Part shown: positions 26,928 to 36,179 of the stretch, piece after piece
Layout of the letters: each line of letters starts with the position of its first letter
Position numbering within the stretch: position 1 is the stretch's first letter
IMG/VR virus record: IMGVR_UViG_3300020049_011574
Location: 452 to 64,451 of that record
DNA: 64,000 bases
Direction: 5' to 3' (one strand)
From: a virus
Lineage: Duplodnaviria > Caudoviricetes
Notes under the pieces: model-generated
Database searches by the model: none
The model's input: only the letters and a program-made list of their open reading frames with translations
What the model was told of the DNA's origin: nothing
Translations under genes and position numbers: made by a program

Positions 26928-26931
26928 AAAT

Positions 26932-27303
26932 TTAGTCTACTAGATGTAAACCGAAATAAATATCATGCCACGCACGATTCAATTCTAAGATGCCAGGATT
27001 TGATTCTAACCAACTCTTAGCTTCAGGACTACCAATATGCGTACCTACTGGATAGCCAAGGTTAAAACGCACAGCAGCCATCCCAGTCGGCTTATCTACA
27101 TGGGAATCAAAACGAGTACCAAGTTCTGTAGCCATATCTCTAGCAATAGAAATAAAATCTTCAGTACCAATCCACTTAGGTTGAACACAAGCAGGCCCAC
27201 CTTGATAGGCAGATTCTAAAACATAGATACGAGCAGCTTGCTCTATCATGTCTGTAATCATTGGTTCAGTTCGTTGAGCTTTAGGTACACCATTAATTGC
27301 CAT
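26932..27303 (-). CDS. Hypothetical protein
   Basis: 123 aa. Confidence 0.65.
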   Translation of the reverse strand: MAINGVPKAQRTEPMITDMIEQAARIYVLESAYQGGPACVQPKWIGTEDFISIARDMATELGTRFDSHVDKPTGMAAVRFNLGYPVGTHIGSPEAKSWLESNPGILELNRAWHDIYFGLHLVD

Positions 27304-27324
27304 AGTGAAACCTTAACACGATAA

Positions 27325-27576
27325 CTACTGTTTGGGAATAACTTCACCACTAGGAGTGACAGGAGAAACCTTTGGTCGAACATACTTCACGATTCCACCA
27401 CCCACAATAAACATGATAACAATGTCGGTAAGAGTTTTACCAGCACTGATTTCTTCAATGATACCTTGAACTATTTGGGCAATAACACCCAAAACTGTTA
27501 AAACGGAAGTAAAGAATACAACTGGTTCACGTCCAAAGATTTTATAAGTATTAAGATCACGATTAAAAAATTTCAT
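27325..27576 (-). CDS. Holin (actinophage type)
   Basis: REPV, two TM helices, VRPKVSPV C-terminal motif; AGGAG RBS. Confidence 0.75.
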   Translation of the reverse strand: MKFFNRDLNTYKIFGREPVVFFTSVLTVLGVIAQIVQGIIEEISAGKTLTDIVIMFIVGGGIVKYVRPKVSPVTPSGEVIPKQ

Positions 27577-27661
27577 ATTTTCTCCTAGAAAATTGTATCT
27601 TATTGTTTACTCTCGTAGTATAGTGTCAGTGTTACACATATAAAAGTATAAGTAGGGTTCT

Positions 27662-28081
27662 TTGTCCTGGATTAAAAATGGCTTTTGTGTGGGCTTACCG
27701 ACGGATTGGTTTTTTCCACCACGGGGCAATAGTGTCGATTCGATCATAACACGCTCTCTTGCGCGTACTACCTGTTCCATATGTCCCTATAAAGACCAAT
27801 GCTCAGAAGAGTTTGAGGAACTAAAAAAAGAATGGAAGCTAGGAATCTGGGGCGGGCTGACAGAAAAAGATCGCAAACGAATAAAAAAATCAGCAGCAGC
27901 AGACGGATCAATCACAGCAGAAACTATAATCAAACGACACCAAAAAGAATTTCTAAGCGAACGAACACAAAACAGAATGATAAAAAAATCAGAGACAGAC
28001 CCCAAAGTGAAACAAATAAACGAATGGTTAATATATGAACTCGGTCTTCTTGAGTCAGAAGAAGAAACCAATGCAGAATAG
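27662..28081 (+). CDS. whiB: WhiB-family transcription factor with C-terminal extension
   Basis: C-x28-C-x2-C-x5-C, DWFFP, GIWGGLTEKDR. Confidence 0.92.
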   Translation: MSWIKNGFCVGLPTDWFFPPRGNSVDSIITRSLARTTCSICPYKDQCSEEFEELKKEWKLGIWGGLTEKDRKRIKKSAAADGSITAETIIKRHQKEFLSERTQNRMIKKSETDPKVKQINEWLIYELGLLESEEETNAE

Positions 28082-28331
28082 TGACGATGAATCCTGGAAA
28101 GAAAAAGCACTCTGCAAAAGATTAACCCAATATTTTTTCTTCGATGATCAAAGAGTACTTACCACTAAAGCTAAAACAAAAATAGAAGCAATACGCGAAC
28201 TGTGTGAAGTATGTCCGGTAAAGCAGGAATGTTACCAATATGCTGTAAATAATGATGAGAAATTTGGCATCTGGGGAGGCGTATCTTTTGACGCTACAGA
28301 CCGGCGCAAACGTAGACGCAAAAAACTATGA
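28035..28331 (+). CDS. whiB: Second WhiB-family transcription factor
   Basis: W..KALC...CEVCPVKQEC...FGIWGG; basic tail RRKRRRKKL. Confidence 0.92.
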   Translation: MNSVFLSQKKKPMQNSDDESWKEKALCKRLTQYFFFDDQRVLTTKAKTKIEAIRELCEVCPVKQECYQYAVNNDEKFGIWGGVSFDATDRRKRRRKKL

Positions 28332-28444
28332 TTGAAATAGTAATGCCTTATATCGTTGGCATTCTAGGTACAGCGATGATTTTAATAGTTTACAAAATAT
28401 TCAATATTCAAAAATCTAAAAGAGGTAAGAATAATAGCTCGTAA
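28328..28444 (+). CDS. Small membrane peptide (38 aa)
   Basis: MIEIVMPYIVGILGTAMILIVYKIFNIQKSKR; ATGA overlap. Confidence 0.55.
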   Translation: MIEIVMPYIVGILGTAMILIVYKIFNIQKSKRGKNNSS

Positions 28445-28445
28445 A

Positions 28446-28769
28446 CTATAACACTGCTTTCACGTCTTCAAGTGTTAAGCCAGCAGCTTCAGCCAATTGG
28501 GTTAATACGTTATCACGAGCGATTGCTTTAGCCTCAGAAGCTTCTTGGTTCGCTAACATAGCAGCATTGTAGGCAGCCTCTTTATTATTTAGCATTTCTA
28601 TATAATCATAAGGAGTTTTAACCTCTAGTTCATGTTGAGCTATCTCATCTTCATTAGCAGCATTACCACTCTGAATCCAAGTAACTAAACCATCTTCATC
28701 TGTTTTTGTATAAAAATAAAGAGGGGTATCATTCCCCATGGCTATCTCTACTTCTTCTTTAGTAAACAT
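28446..28769 (-). CDS. Hypothetical protein at the end of the late operon
   Basis: 107 aa. Confidence 0.7.
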   Translation of the reverse strand: MFTKEEVEIAMGNDTPLYFYTKTDEDGLVTWIQSGNAANEDEIAQHELEVKTPYDYIEMLNNKEAAYNAAMLANQEASEAKAIARDNVLTQLAEAAGLTLEDVKAVL

Positions 28770-28777
28770 AATATTCC

Positions 28778-29335
28778 TTAATGAGATTTCAGACTAATGC
28801 CATATGCCTTAACAACGGAATTAGCATCAAAGAACTGAACATTTCTATTGCCTGTAATGCTCCATATCTGGCCAGCACCAAAGCTATACGTTGCTTCAGG
28901 GGGAACAATATAAGTTTCTGTTAAAGTTATAAAACTATTAACACCATGATTCCCTCCGCCATAAGCACTATAGGAAACAGGGCTTTGACCATAAGTACCA
29001 TTCACGTAATTCCTACCAACAACACTCATAGTGCTTGTCCCACCAGAAGTATCAGAAGTTAGCTGGAAGTTGAACTGCCATGCCCAATTGACAACAACAA
29101 GCATATTATAGACAGTGGAGGGGTTATAAACAACAACATCTAAGCTAGTAAAAGCATAGCCGTAAGAACCGCCACCAGGAGCAATAAGAGCACCACCTAA
29201 ATCTTGAGAAGCGCTACGGCTATAAGGTACTCCTAGTTTATAGCGAGCAGGGTCATCGACATACATCGCCCCATCGATAGTCGTGTATATATTGCTAGTA
29301 TTTACACCCTCTTCATTCTGTCTAAAACAAGTCAT
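28778..29335 (-). CDS. Putative virion-associated beta-rich protein
   Basis: 185 aa, beta-strand composition, in the late operon. Confidence 0.55.
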   Translation of the reverse strand: MTCFRQNEEGVNTSNIYTTIDGAMYVDDPARYKLGVPYSRSASQDLGGALIAPGGGSYGYAFTSLDVVVYNPSTVYNMLVVVNWAWQFNFQLTSDTSGGTSTMSVVGRNYVNGTYGQSPVSYSAYGGGNHGVNSFITLTETYIVPPEATYSFGAGQIWSITGNRNVQFFDANSVVKAYGISLKSH

Positions 29336-29346
29336 CCTTATTATCC

Positions 29347-30384
29347 TTAACTAAAAAGTGCTCTCCAGGTATTAGGCCCAACTTTACCGTCAGGATCTAA
29401 ACCTTTAGATTTCTGGAAAGCTATAACCGCAGCCTTCGTTAACTTACCAAAATCTCCGTCAGCTTTCACGCCAAGTTTAGCCTGGACAGATTTAACAGCA
29501 GCAACATTAGAACTACCTTGAACAATCAAACCAGGATATTGAGGAACTTGTTTAGGAGCAGGAGCAACATTAGTTTTAAACAACGCATTCCAAGTAAGTT
29601 TTCCTACTTTACCATCAACATCAAGACCAGCATCTTTCTGAAAAGCTTTAACAGCCGAAAGAGTTTCGTCACCAAAACCACCATCAGCACCATACTTAGG
29701 CAGAGCATAACCACGAGCAATCAATTGAGCTTGTGCTTGGCGCACAAAGTTTCCTTTAGTCCCTTGCATCAAAAGCATAGGATATACAGGAACATTGCTT
29801 ACAGGAGCTTGTGGTACTTGTGGGACACTAACAGGAGTAGGCGATGTAGGAGTACCAGTAATATAACCTTGAGCCATAGCATAAATAACTTTAAGTTGAG
29901 CTTTAAGATTTTTACCACAACAAGCAGTCGCATACGGAGCATCACTATGAGCCTTATAATCAAACACTGGGGTCAACCAGCCATTAGAAACATACTCATT
30001 CAATACTTCAGCAAGAGCTTCTAAAGCTTTATCACTAAGTTGCACATCCCAATCATAACGACCCAAAAGGGCAATACCTACCGATACGGTATTTTTGCCA
30101 GCAGTATGAGCACCAAGAGCAGGCTTACCATTTAAATAACGACCCGTCAAAACAGTACCATTAGGATGAATTACATCATGGTAAGGAACATCAACATATT
30201 CATTATAATTAGTCACCTTGTGCATATCAGCAATAGGGTCAGAAGAAACAGGAGTTACAGTATGATGTTGAAAAGCCAGACTCACAGGAAAATGTTGCTC
30301 TTGTAGAGCTTTCTTCGGCGCAGGAGCACCCCAACCTTGTCTTGATATTCTATTCATATTAACTACCTTTCTCCGCAGATTCAA
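29347..30384 (-). CDS. Endolysin: Zn amidase (Amidase_2/PGRP-like) plus two PG_binding_1 domains
   Basis: FQHHT, GAHTAGKN..SVGIALLG, KAH..ATAC; DGGFGDETLSAVKAFQ...VDGKVGKLTW twice. Confidence 0.93.
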   Translation of the reverse strand: MNLRRKVVNMNRISRQGWGAPAPKKALQEQHFPVSLAFQHHTVTPVSSDPIADMHKVTNYNEYVDVPYHDVIHPNGTVLTGRYLNGKPALGAHTAGKNTVSVGIALLGRYDWDVQLSDKALEALAEVLNEYVSNGWLTPVFDYKAHSDAPYATACCGKNLKAQLKVIYAMAQGYITGTPTSPTPVSVPQVPQAPVSNVPVYPMLLMQGTKGNFVRQAQAQLIARGYALPKYGADGGFGDETLSAVKAFQKDAGLDVDGKVGKLTWNALFKTNVAPAPKQVPQYPGLIVQGSSNVAAVKSVQAKLGVKADGDFGKLTKAAVIAFQKSKGLDPDGKVGPNTWRALFS

Positions 30385-30424
30385 AAATCATTTTACCAGC
30401 AAAAGCCCAATAATAGGTTTTTAC

Positions 30425-31615
30425 TTAAAAGAGAAAACCTTTAACCGTATATGTAGCTGGGCTTGGGACATACTCAACAGTTAACCACATTGAAGATATT
30501 TCTATATAATTAGCTGATGAAGCTGTAGTTATTTTAACTCCTATTTGAGAAGCGTCTATAGAAGCCTTTGTGTAGGGGTTTCCTAAGAAATCAGTATATT
30601 TAGTAAACCTAGGTATAAGAGAACTAAGACCATTTGAGGCATTCGTTTTCCATGTAGCAGAGTTCAAAGTGTATGAAGTACCAACGTCAGTTCCACCAGA
30701 AGTATTATGTTGGATAGCAACATCTAATCCAGAAGCCGTTGCCACATCATTGCGCCACCTACAGCTTATAGTTGCAAGTGTTACGGCATCACCTGCTCCT
30801 ATAGGGGTAGGTGAAATAGTGTACATATCTACATCATTAACTGTAGTTGAACCTATGTAAGTAGTTCCATCGTCTGGCGGGTTTTCATCAACTTGGTTAT
30901 AGTTACTAGAACTACCGGCTGTACGTCCAGCACCAGTAGTCCATTGGTTAGAAGAACCAGCTCCAGTAGGAAAAGCTATAATAATACTTCCAGGGCCAGG
31001 GTAGCCATTTTGAGCCGATCCAGCATCATCATTGACAGCTAAATCATCAAAGTACCAGACCCCTTGTGTTTGAGCCTCAGCATTAAGATTTCCTCCAAGA
31101 TAGATAGCCCCAGGGTTTCCTGAAATGCTTCGTGTAGAGGATGTGGCGAAAGCAGCAGCACCATCAACTCTACTTTCAACGATATGGCTACCGGCAGCGG
31201 CAGAAGTGTCAATTTTTATTTCAATGCAATACCATGTGCTCGTGCTAAGGGTAGTAGTACCTGCAATTTGGCCATCTTCATCATATAGTTTTAAAACGCC
31301 AGCATTATCTATAGTTAAATATACATAAGGGGTTGTAGGGCCGAAAAAAGTTTTAATAGCGATAATGCGATTCTCGGCTGTAGGTAAAGTGGTAAAATTG
31401 ACATAGACTCGATACCAAGTTTTAGTAAAGCCGGCTATTTTAAAATTAGTTCCAAAATATTGCCTAGTTGCAGAAGCTAAAGAACCTATACGCCCAGAGT
31501 AATTACCTGAACGAACAACAGAAGAACTAATAGTTGGAGAGCCAACGTAGTCGTCGAACTCCATGTCGGTAGTAGTTGAGTTAATCTCCCAGCCTAAAGT
31601 AATATATCTGGCCAT
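30425..31615 (-). CDS. Minor tail / receptor-binding candidate (concanavalin-like beta sandwich)
   Basis: STWYCIEIKID...YFDDLAVND pattern; follows the fibre gene. Confidence 0.6.
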   Translation of the reverse strand: MARYITLGWEINSTTTDMEFDDYVGSPTISSSVVRSGNYSGRIGSLASATRQYFGTNFKIAGFTKTWYRVYVNFTTLPTAENRIIAIKTFFGPTTPYVYLTIDNAGVLKLYDEDGQIAGTTTLSTSTWYCIEIKIDTSAAAGSHIVESRVDGAAAFATSSTRSISGNPGAIYLGGNLNAEAQTQGVWYFDDLAVNDDAGSAQNGYPGPGSIIIAFPTGAGSSNQWTTGAGRTAGSSSNYNQVDENPPDDGTTYIGSTTVNDVDMYTISPTPIGAGDAVTLATISCRWRNDVATASGLDVAIQHNTSGGTDVGTSYTLNSATWKTNASNGLSSLIPRFTKYTDFLGNPYTKASIDASQIGVKITTASSANYIEISSMWLTVEYVPSPATYTVKGFLF

Positions 31616-33099
31616 TAGTAGCCTTTAGCAATACCAATAATCATTGCTTTACTAAGAGTTGCATCCCATTTGAATTTAAGAACATCACGTTTGCTTGCTG
31701 TAGTAGTAGCCGTATAAGAAGGAACATCTGTACCAAATGCGTAGTCAGTCCCAAAAGTTAAAGCCTTAGAACCAGCTCCATCTTGAGTATAAGTCACGGT
31801 AAATTCTTGACCTTCTGCCATATTTGTAGGATTGCCCAATGCTCGTGTAGCCCCAATGCCGGCAGTTGCAAGCAACGTGAAATGATTACCACGAGAACCA
31901 TCAATCGTTACAGTTGCGGCATCTGTTAAAACAACAGCATCTGATACCAGTGCTTGCTTTACTCGTATCTTGCCAGCACCTTTAGCATCCAGAATTAGAT
32001 TAACATCAGTGTCACCACCTGTTGCGGCGATAGTTGGAGAAGTACCAGCAGCAGCATTTGCAACAGTAATCTCATTAATAGCCGAAGCGGTAGTTGTAAA
32101 TATTATTTCTTCATTGCCGTTAGCATCTGCTATAAATCCACCAGAAGCAAATTTAGGAGCAGTCAAAGTCTTATTAGTCATTGTTTCTGTAGAAGAAGGA
32201 GAAGTATAGTCAGTTCCAGCAGTAGCAGCACTTATTGCAGTACCATTACCTTTCAAAACGCCAGTAATAGAAGTACTGATAGTTATAGCTGGAGTGCTTG
32301 TAGGAGTAGCTACAGTACCAGCAAAACCATTGGCAGAAACAACAGAAGCAGAAGTAACAGTACCGCCACCAGCAGGAGTTGCCCATGTCCCATCGCCACG
32401 CCAAAAAGTTGAAGACGTAGCACCAGTACCTGAGTTTAAGTTAGCAACAGGTAAATTTCCACTTACATGAGTCGATAAGCCTATCTTTCCATAGCTAGGA
32501 GCTACTCCTACTCCTCCAGAAATTAAAGCGTTACCAGTCACGACATCAGCTAGCTTACCAACAGTTGTTGTCGTCGGAGCATAAAGTAAATCTCCAACTG
32601 CATAAACACTTAACCCAGTACCACCATCAGTGGCTGCAACATCAGTTCCACCAGGGGCATAGTAGTCAGTACTTGGAGAAGCAACAGAAAGAACACCCGA
32701 AGTTGACTTCATCATTCCGGTAAGAGTAGAACGTCTTACAATTTTACCTGTAGTACCAGAAAATAAGACAGCTTCACCATCAACAGAAGTAGCAGTATTA
32801 GTCGAAGCATCACCAGCGCCCACAGCAGCAGCCCATTTGAGGCCAGTAGCAGTAGCCGAATCAGCAGTAAGAACAAAACCATTAGCACCAACAGCGAGCC
32901 TAGCCGCAGTATCAACTCCAGTACCAACAGCCAAATCGCCCTTAGCATCCCAAAAAGAATTAGCAGCAATCGCACCCTCAGCAAGAGAAGTAATAACAAA
33001 AGGAGAAGAATCAGTTCCTAACCCAGTAATCGATATGCCAGTTCCGGCAGTAATCACACAATTACACCCACTATTGCCACATTTAGAGCAGCCCCTCAT
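31615..33099 (-). CDS. Tail fibre-like protein
   Basis: Gly/Ala/Thr-rich; [30 protein letters not shown] and [10 protein letters not shown] fibre motifs. Confidence 0.75.
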   Translation of the reverse strand: MRGCSKCGNSGCNCVITAGTGISITGLGTDSSPFVITSLAEGAIAANSFWDAKGDLAVGTGVDTAARLAVGANGFVLTADSATATGLKWAAAVGAGDASTNTATSVDGEAVLFSGTTGKIVRRSTLTGMMKSTSGVLSVASPSTDYYAPGGTDVAATDGGTGLSVYAVGDLLYAPTTTTVGKLADVVTGNALISGGVGVAPSYGKIGLSTHVSGNLPVANLNSGTGATSSTFWRGDGTWATPAGGGTVTSASVVSANGFAGTVATPTSTPAITISTSITGVLKGNGTAISAATAGTDYTSPSSTETMTNKTLTAPKFASGGFIADANGNEEIIFTTTASAINEITVANAAAGTSPTIAATGGDTDVNLILDAKGAGKIRVKQALVSDAVVLTDAATVTIDGSRGNHFTLLATAGIGATRALGNPTNMAEGQEFTVTYTQDGAGSKALTFGTDYAFGTDVPSYTATTTASKRDVLKFKWDATLSKAMIIGIAKGY

Positions 33100-33140
33100 T
33101 AGTCAATCCTTAGAAAAAAAATCTTAAACATGACTAAAGA

Positions 33141-33191
33141 TTAACATATAGTTATGTTAATATGTCTTATAACTGAGGCTAAAACAGCCTC
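33141..33191 (+). promoter_or_regulatory. Palindrome and hairpin upstream of the antisense HNH gene
   Basis: TTAACATA-TAGT-TATGTTAA (33141-33160) and GAGGCT-AAAAC-AGCCTC (33175-33191). Confidence 0.55.
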
Positions 33192-33229
33192 CCTAAAGCC
33201 ACTTTACCTGAATTAAGGAGACTGAAGTT

Positions 33230-33661
33230 ATGAGTATAACACACCGAACAAAACATCCACTATATTCAACTTATAAGAGCATGAAAGTCCGATGCTTTGA
33301 CACGAACCATCCTTCTTATAAAAATTATGGGAATAGAGGGATTACTATTTGTGATCGTTGGCTCGGCAAAGATGGTTTTGATAATTTCGTTTCCGACATG
33401 GGTAAACGACCTGAAGGAAAAACTTTAGATCGTAAAGACAACAACGGAGATTACAGCCCTTTAAACTGTAAATGGAGCACAAATGAAGAACAACTTTCCA
33501 ACAGAAGAAATCTCCCAAATAAAACTGGTTACCCTGGGGCAGTTTTAAAGCAAGGGAAATTTGAAGCTAGGGCGGGTACGGGAGGTAAAATATATCTTGG
33601 AAGATTTGTCCAACCCTATGAAGCTTCTTTAGCCTATCTTGTTGCCAAAGTCTTTATCTGA
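33230..33661 (+). CDS. HNH homing endonuclease, antisense within the tail operon
   Basis: HPLYSTYKSMKVRC...RGITICDRW...TLDRKDNNGDYSPLNCKW. Confidence 0.9.
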   Translation: MSITHRTKHPLYSTYKSMKVRCFDTNHPSYKNYGNRGITICDRWLGKDGFDNFVSDMGKRPEGKTLDRKDNNGDYSPLNCKWSTNEEQLSNRRNLPNKTGYPGAVLKQGKFEARAGTGGKIYLGRFVQPYEASLAYLVAKVFI

Positions 33662-33820
33662 GTCTCCAGCCTTTTCACATAACCCTAAAGCAACGCGACA
33701 TTCTTCCAATTCTCTTTGAAGTCTTTGAATCTGACCTTCATGTTTATTCAACCGACCGATAAGCCCGCCAAACTTCCCATTAATGCCATTAAAAACACTC
33801 ATTAAAGATCTTTCATCCAT
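33629..33820 (-). CDS. Small coiled-coil tail-region protein
   Basis: 63 aa after the minor tail gene. Confidence 0.6.
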   Translation of the reverse strand: MDERSLMSVFNGINGKFGGLIGRLNKHEGQIQRLQRELEECRVALGLCEKAGDSDKDFGNKIG

Positions 33821-33828
33821 CTCTGCTC

Positions 33829-34917
33829 CTAGACGCTACTAACACGAGAGTCTGCACCCTCGCCAACATTGATATTAAGACTCAATCGAATATCTTCATC
33901 ACCAGAGTTCCAAGAACCCTCAACGGAAGAAATATAAAGCTCACGAGGATCAGGCTCACAATAGCCACTGAAATTAGTACGGATTAAAGAGCCAGGAATA
34001 AGCTCATTAATATCCACATCAAAACTAGGAGATAATGAAGAATTAGAAGCTTCCATCGTCGGGCCAGGACTATTCATCTCATTAAGACGAGTAGTAGCAA
34101 AAGTAGCAGCATCCGTATTATTTCCAGCATTAGCATCAATCACAGCTTCCACCAAGATAGGAATACCAAATCTAGTAGTATCTATTCCCCCAGCAACAGC
34201 ATATGCAGTAGAACTAGTACGAGCAAAAACTTTAGTAGCATAATTGTCAGCATCCCAATTCAAAGGGGGAACTTCAGAAATATCATCATCAGTAATAGTT
34301 GCCCGGACATGAGTAGTTAACCCGATACGAAAATCTTGCAGAACACAAGTCCAATAAGAAATACCTCGAATAACATCTGTGACATTATCAAGTGCGCGAG
34401 AAGCATCCTCTACAGCAAAAATCTTTTCACCCGTAACAACAGGGGAATTAGCCGCAGCACGAACAACAACCCCAGCAGGATTATTCAAACTATATCCATA
34501 ATTAGCAATTTGTTGAGCAATAAGATTCACATCTTGAGACAAATAGCTTATAGTAGGCATACGACGTTTAGATAGCCACCAAGAAGAATCTTTAGCAACC
34601 AAAGTAATAGTATTACCCGCCTGTAAAGTTAAGCTAGTCAAAGTACCCTTCCACACCAATTGAGGACTGAGGCCTTCAACTTCACGCCACAAATAAAGCT
34701 CATAAGCAGGAATACCTTTAGCCAGCTCCAGATAACGGCAACACTTCTCAAAATAAGTACCAGTCACACCAAGCGTCATAGTTACAGTAGAAGTAGCACT
34801 AATCAGACGATTCCACGTACCATTTAGAACATCATCGCGATCAATAACTTCAACAAGCGCACCAGTGCCTACCACACGTATCTGGGCAGAATATAAGCCA
34901 GAACCAAGACAAGCCAT
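33829..34917 (-). CDS. Minor tail protein (baseplate hub / Tal-like)
   Basis: Second gene after the tape measure; W.R.IS..S, ELYLWR...VWKG, LIPG...R motifs. Confidence 0.7.
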   Translation of the reverse strand: MACLGSGLYSAQIRVVGTGALVEVIDRDDVLNGTWNRLISATSTVTMTLGVTGTYFEKCCRYLELAKGIPAYELYLWREVEGLSPQLVWKGTLTSLTLQAGNTITLVAKDSSWWLSKRRMPTISYLSQDVNLIAQQIANYGYSLNNPAGVVVRAAANSPVVTGEKIFAVEDASRALDNVTDVIRGISYWTCVLQDFRIGLTTHVRATITDDDISEVPPLNWDADNYATKVFARTSSTAYAVAGGIDTTRFGIPILVEAVIDANAGNNTDAATFATTRLNEMNSPGPTMEASNSSLSPSFDVDINELIPGSLIRTNFSGYCEPDPRELYISSVEGSWNSGDEDIRLSLNINVGEGADSRVSSV

Positions 34918-36179
34918 TATCTAAGCTCCCTATGGTAACGGTCAATAGTGATCGTAGCATCAGGCGCAGTATGAGGAACCCCACCAGCAGTAACAAGAGC
35001 ACTAGCTTCCAAAACAATAACTAGACCATCACAAGAAATATCTGGCCAAGTCAACGGGCTACCATCAGGAGTTTCCACCCAACTACGTCCACTCTGTTTC
35101 ACATTATTGCAAGTCACCCAGATTTCCTGAGTAACACCATCTATCTCTATAACTGAATTAGCGGGCAATGGGCCAGGAACAACAATATCGATACATGGAT
35201 CTTCACAACGGTAATCGTTAGGATCTATAGAACCAGTCTGTTTACTCCAACCTTTAATACGGAAGTTACGCATATCATAACTACCAGTAAAAATAGAAAT
35301 ATCTAAAGTAGATTCACCAACACGAGGGTCAGCATTGATTGCAAACGATTGGCGTTTAACCGCCCAAGGCTCACAATAACAAGTAGAAAACTCAACTTTA
35401 GGAATGCTAATAGCTAAAGGCAAGCAAGGGTTCTCACAGGCAGTACTAAGAGCAGGACATGGATCTTCACAAATATTACAAATCTCTTCGCCACTAACAA
35501 TGACTAAATCAGTAGTAATATTTTCTGGACACATCTCGTAAGTCCAAGGCTTCTCAGCAGCAAAAACAACATCGCAAACAATACCGTAACAAGAAGGTAT
35601 CTCATCTTCCAGCCAGTTAAGACTAGAAAGAGAAACACCTACAAGTCCGCGCATAGAGTGAACATCGCTATCGCAACTACTAGGGTTATAGCATTCATGC
35701 CATTCTAAAGTAGGTAGCGAACATGGGTCAGAGCTTGAATTGCAAATGAACTGGTTTAAAAAATAGGTTTTAGCGAACTCTATAGCACAAGGATCATCGA
35801 CAAAAAGGACAAATTGTGCAGCTATTTCTTTGCGTTGCAGTTTAGCCCGCTTGGTACGACCACCAGTAGTGGTATCAACGGCTTCCCTTAAATAAGGCTG
35901 GGATTCTTTCCACGACCTAATCATCGCACCCAGATAATGGCCACTTCGAGGGTCAGTAGATTCATACCAAGGGGCAGGATCAGAAATCGGAGAAACAAAA
36001 GCGCCACCAGCAGGTAATTCTTCTTCAGAAGGAGTCACACAACAGTTACAACTATTCATAGTGGAAACAGGATTATAGATAGGATCAGCAATAGCATGGC
36101 CAACAGTTTTAGCGTAAGCCAAAGTACGACAGCCATCCACAATATTGCAGCAACCATAATCTAAATATTGATTAGGCAT
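34917..36179 (-). CDS. Minor tail protein (distal-tail position), Cys-rich
   Basis: First gene after the tape measure; IEIDGVTQEI motif; about 25 Cys by my count. Confidence 0.7.
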   Translation of the reverse strand: MPNQYLDYGCCNIVDGCRTLAYAKTVGHAIADPIYNPVSTMNSCNCCVTPSEEELPAGGAFVSPISDPAPWYESTDPRSGHYLGAMIRSWKESQPYLREAVDTTTGGRTKRAKLQRKEIAAQFVLFVDDPCAIEFAKTYFLNQFICNSSSDPCSLPTLEWHECYNPSSCDSDVHSMRGLVGVSLSSLNWLEDEIPSCYGIVCDVVFAAEKPWTYEMCPENITTDLVIVSGEEICNICEDPCPALSTACENPCLPLAISIPKVEFSTCYCEPWAVKRQSFAINADPRVGESTLDISIFTGSYDMRNFRIKGWSKQTGSIDPNDYRCEDPCIDIVVPGPLPANSVIEIDGVTQEIWVTCNNVKQSGRSWVETPDGSPLTWPDISCDGLVIVLEASALVTAGGVPHTAPDATITIDRYHRELR

